Position numbers and translations under genes: made by a program. From the NCBI GenBank assembly GCA_963677765.1, contig OY782392.1, positions 750,001-782,000 on the forward strand: DNA of 32,000 bases, in the 5' to 3' direction. The DNA is from Candidatus Saccharimonadota bacterium. GTDB lineage: Bacteria; Patescibacteriota; Gracilibacteria; BD1-5; UBA6164. This document shows positions 31,989 to 32,000 of this stretch, in pieces. The notes under the pieces were generated by a model. The model saw only the letters and a list, made by a program, of their open reading frames with translations, was not told where the DNA came from and did not search any database. The stretch's first letter is position 1. Each line of letters begins with the position of its first letter.

Positions 31989-32000
31989 TATGAGAAATAA

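Noticed and set aside
1-32000. TGA read as tryptophan (code 4, Mollicutes-like), which low GC might suggest
   Set aside because: TGA aligns with invariant Gly in P-loops (GxxGxGKT), LSGGE, GGGTGGH, LPXTG and similar motifs. Trp at conserved positions (thioredoxin WAEWCGPC) is TGG. Reading W would destroy every motif.
1-32000. Frequent in-frame TGA as a sign of pseudogene decay or selenocysteine
   Set aside because: The frames stay open for up to 921 codons with respect to TAA/TAG, which is implausible for decayed genes in DNA this AT-rich. TGA occurs many times per gene at Gly positions, far too often for Sec, and I saw no SECIS-like context.
1-32000. CRISPR arrays, IS elements, integrases, prophage genes or rRNA
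   Set aside because: I found no regularly spaced direct repeats and no transposase- or integrase-like frames. The only GC-rich structured-RNA island is the single tRNA at 14433-14510.

Overview
This very AT-rich bacterial window only reads coherently if TGA is translated as glycine (translation table 25), the code known from Gracilibacteria (BD1-5) and Absconditabacteria (SR1) of the candidate phyla radiation. The supplied standard-code ORF track is therefore fragmented and often antisense. Re-reading by hand with TAA and TAG as the only stops gives 30 tightly packed CDS and one tRNA. I checked every minus-strand call, plus the hisS-like gene and the C-terminal third of nhaP, triplet by triplet for in-frame TAA/TAG. 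For the other plus-strand calls, start and stop are in the same frame.

Contents in order:
- An OmpR-type response regulator (3' part).
- A phosphate block: a CYTH protein, a VTC-like protein and a PiT transporter.
- Envelope genes: murG, an AAA+ ATPase with an unknown N-terminal half, and a PAP2 phosphatase.
- A HisRS-like gene with eroded catalytic motifs.
- A three-gene minus-strand operon of secreted or surface proteins with no recognisable domains. One of them carries an LPKTG sortase signal.
- tRNA-Arg and a stand-alone EAL protein.
- A recJ-recX-DUF2130-yigZ-ygjP string, then yggS and a serine hydrolase.
- A TPR lipoprotein with a small partner gene, a Wzx-like flippase, nhaP, ftsE, nth, a UPF0489-like protein, trxA, pilC, hsp20 and a possible small membrane protein.

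Almost every transcription unit ends in a clean A/T-flanked hairpin terminator. I saw no CRISPR array, transposase, integrase or rRNA. The best candidate for something undescribed is the surface-protein operon at 8688-14333. The TTM/PiT block, the degenerate HisRS and the odd tRNA-Arg anticodon loop are secondary leads. All family assignments are by-eye motif recognition, not database searches.
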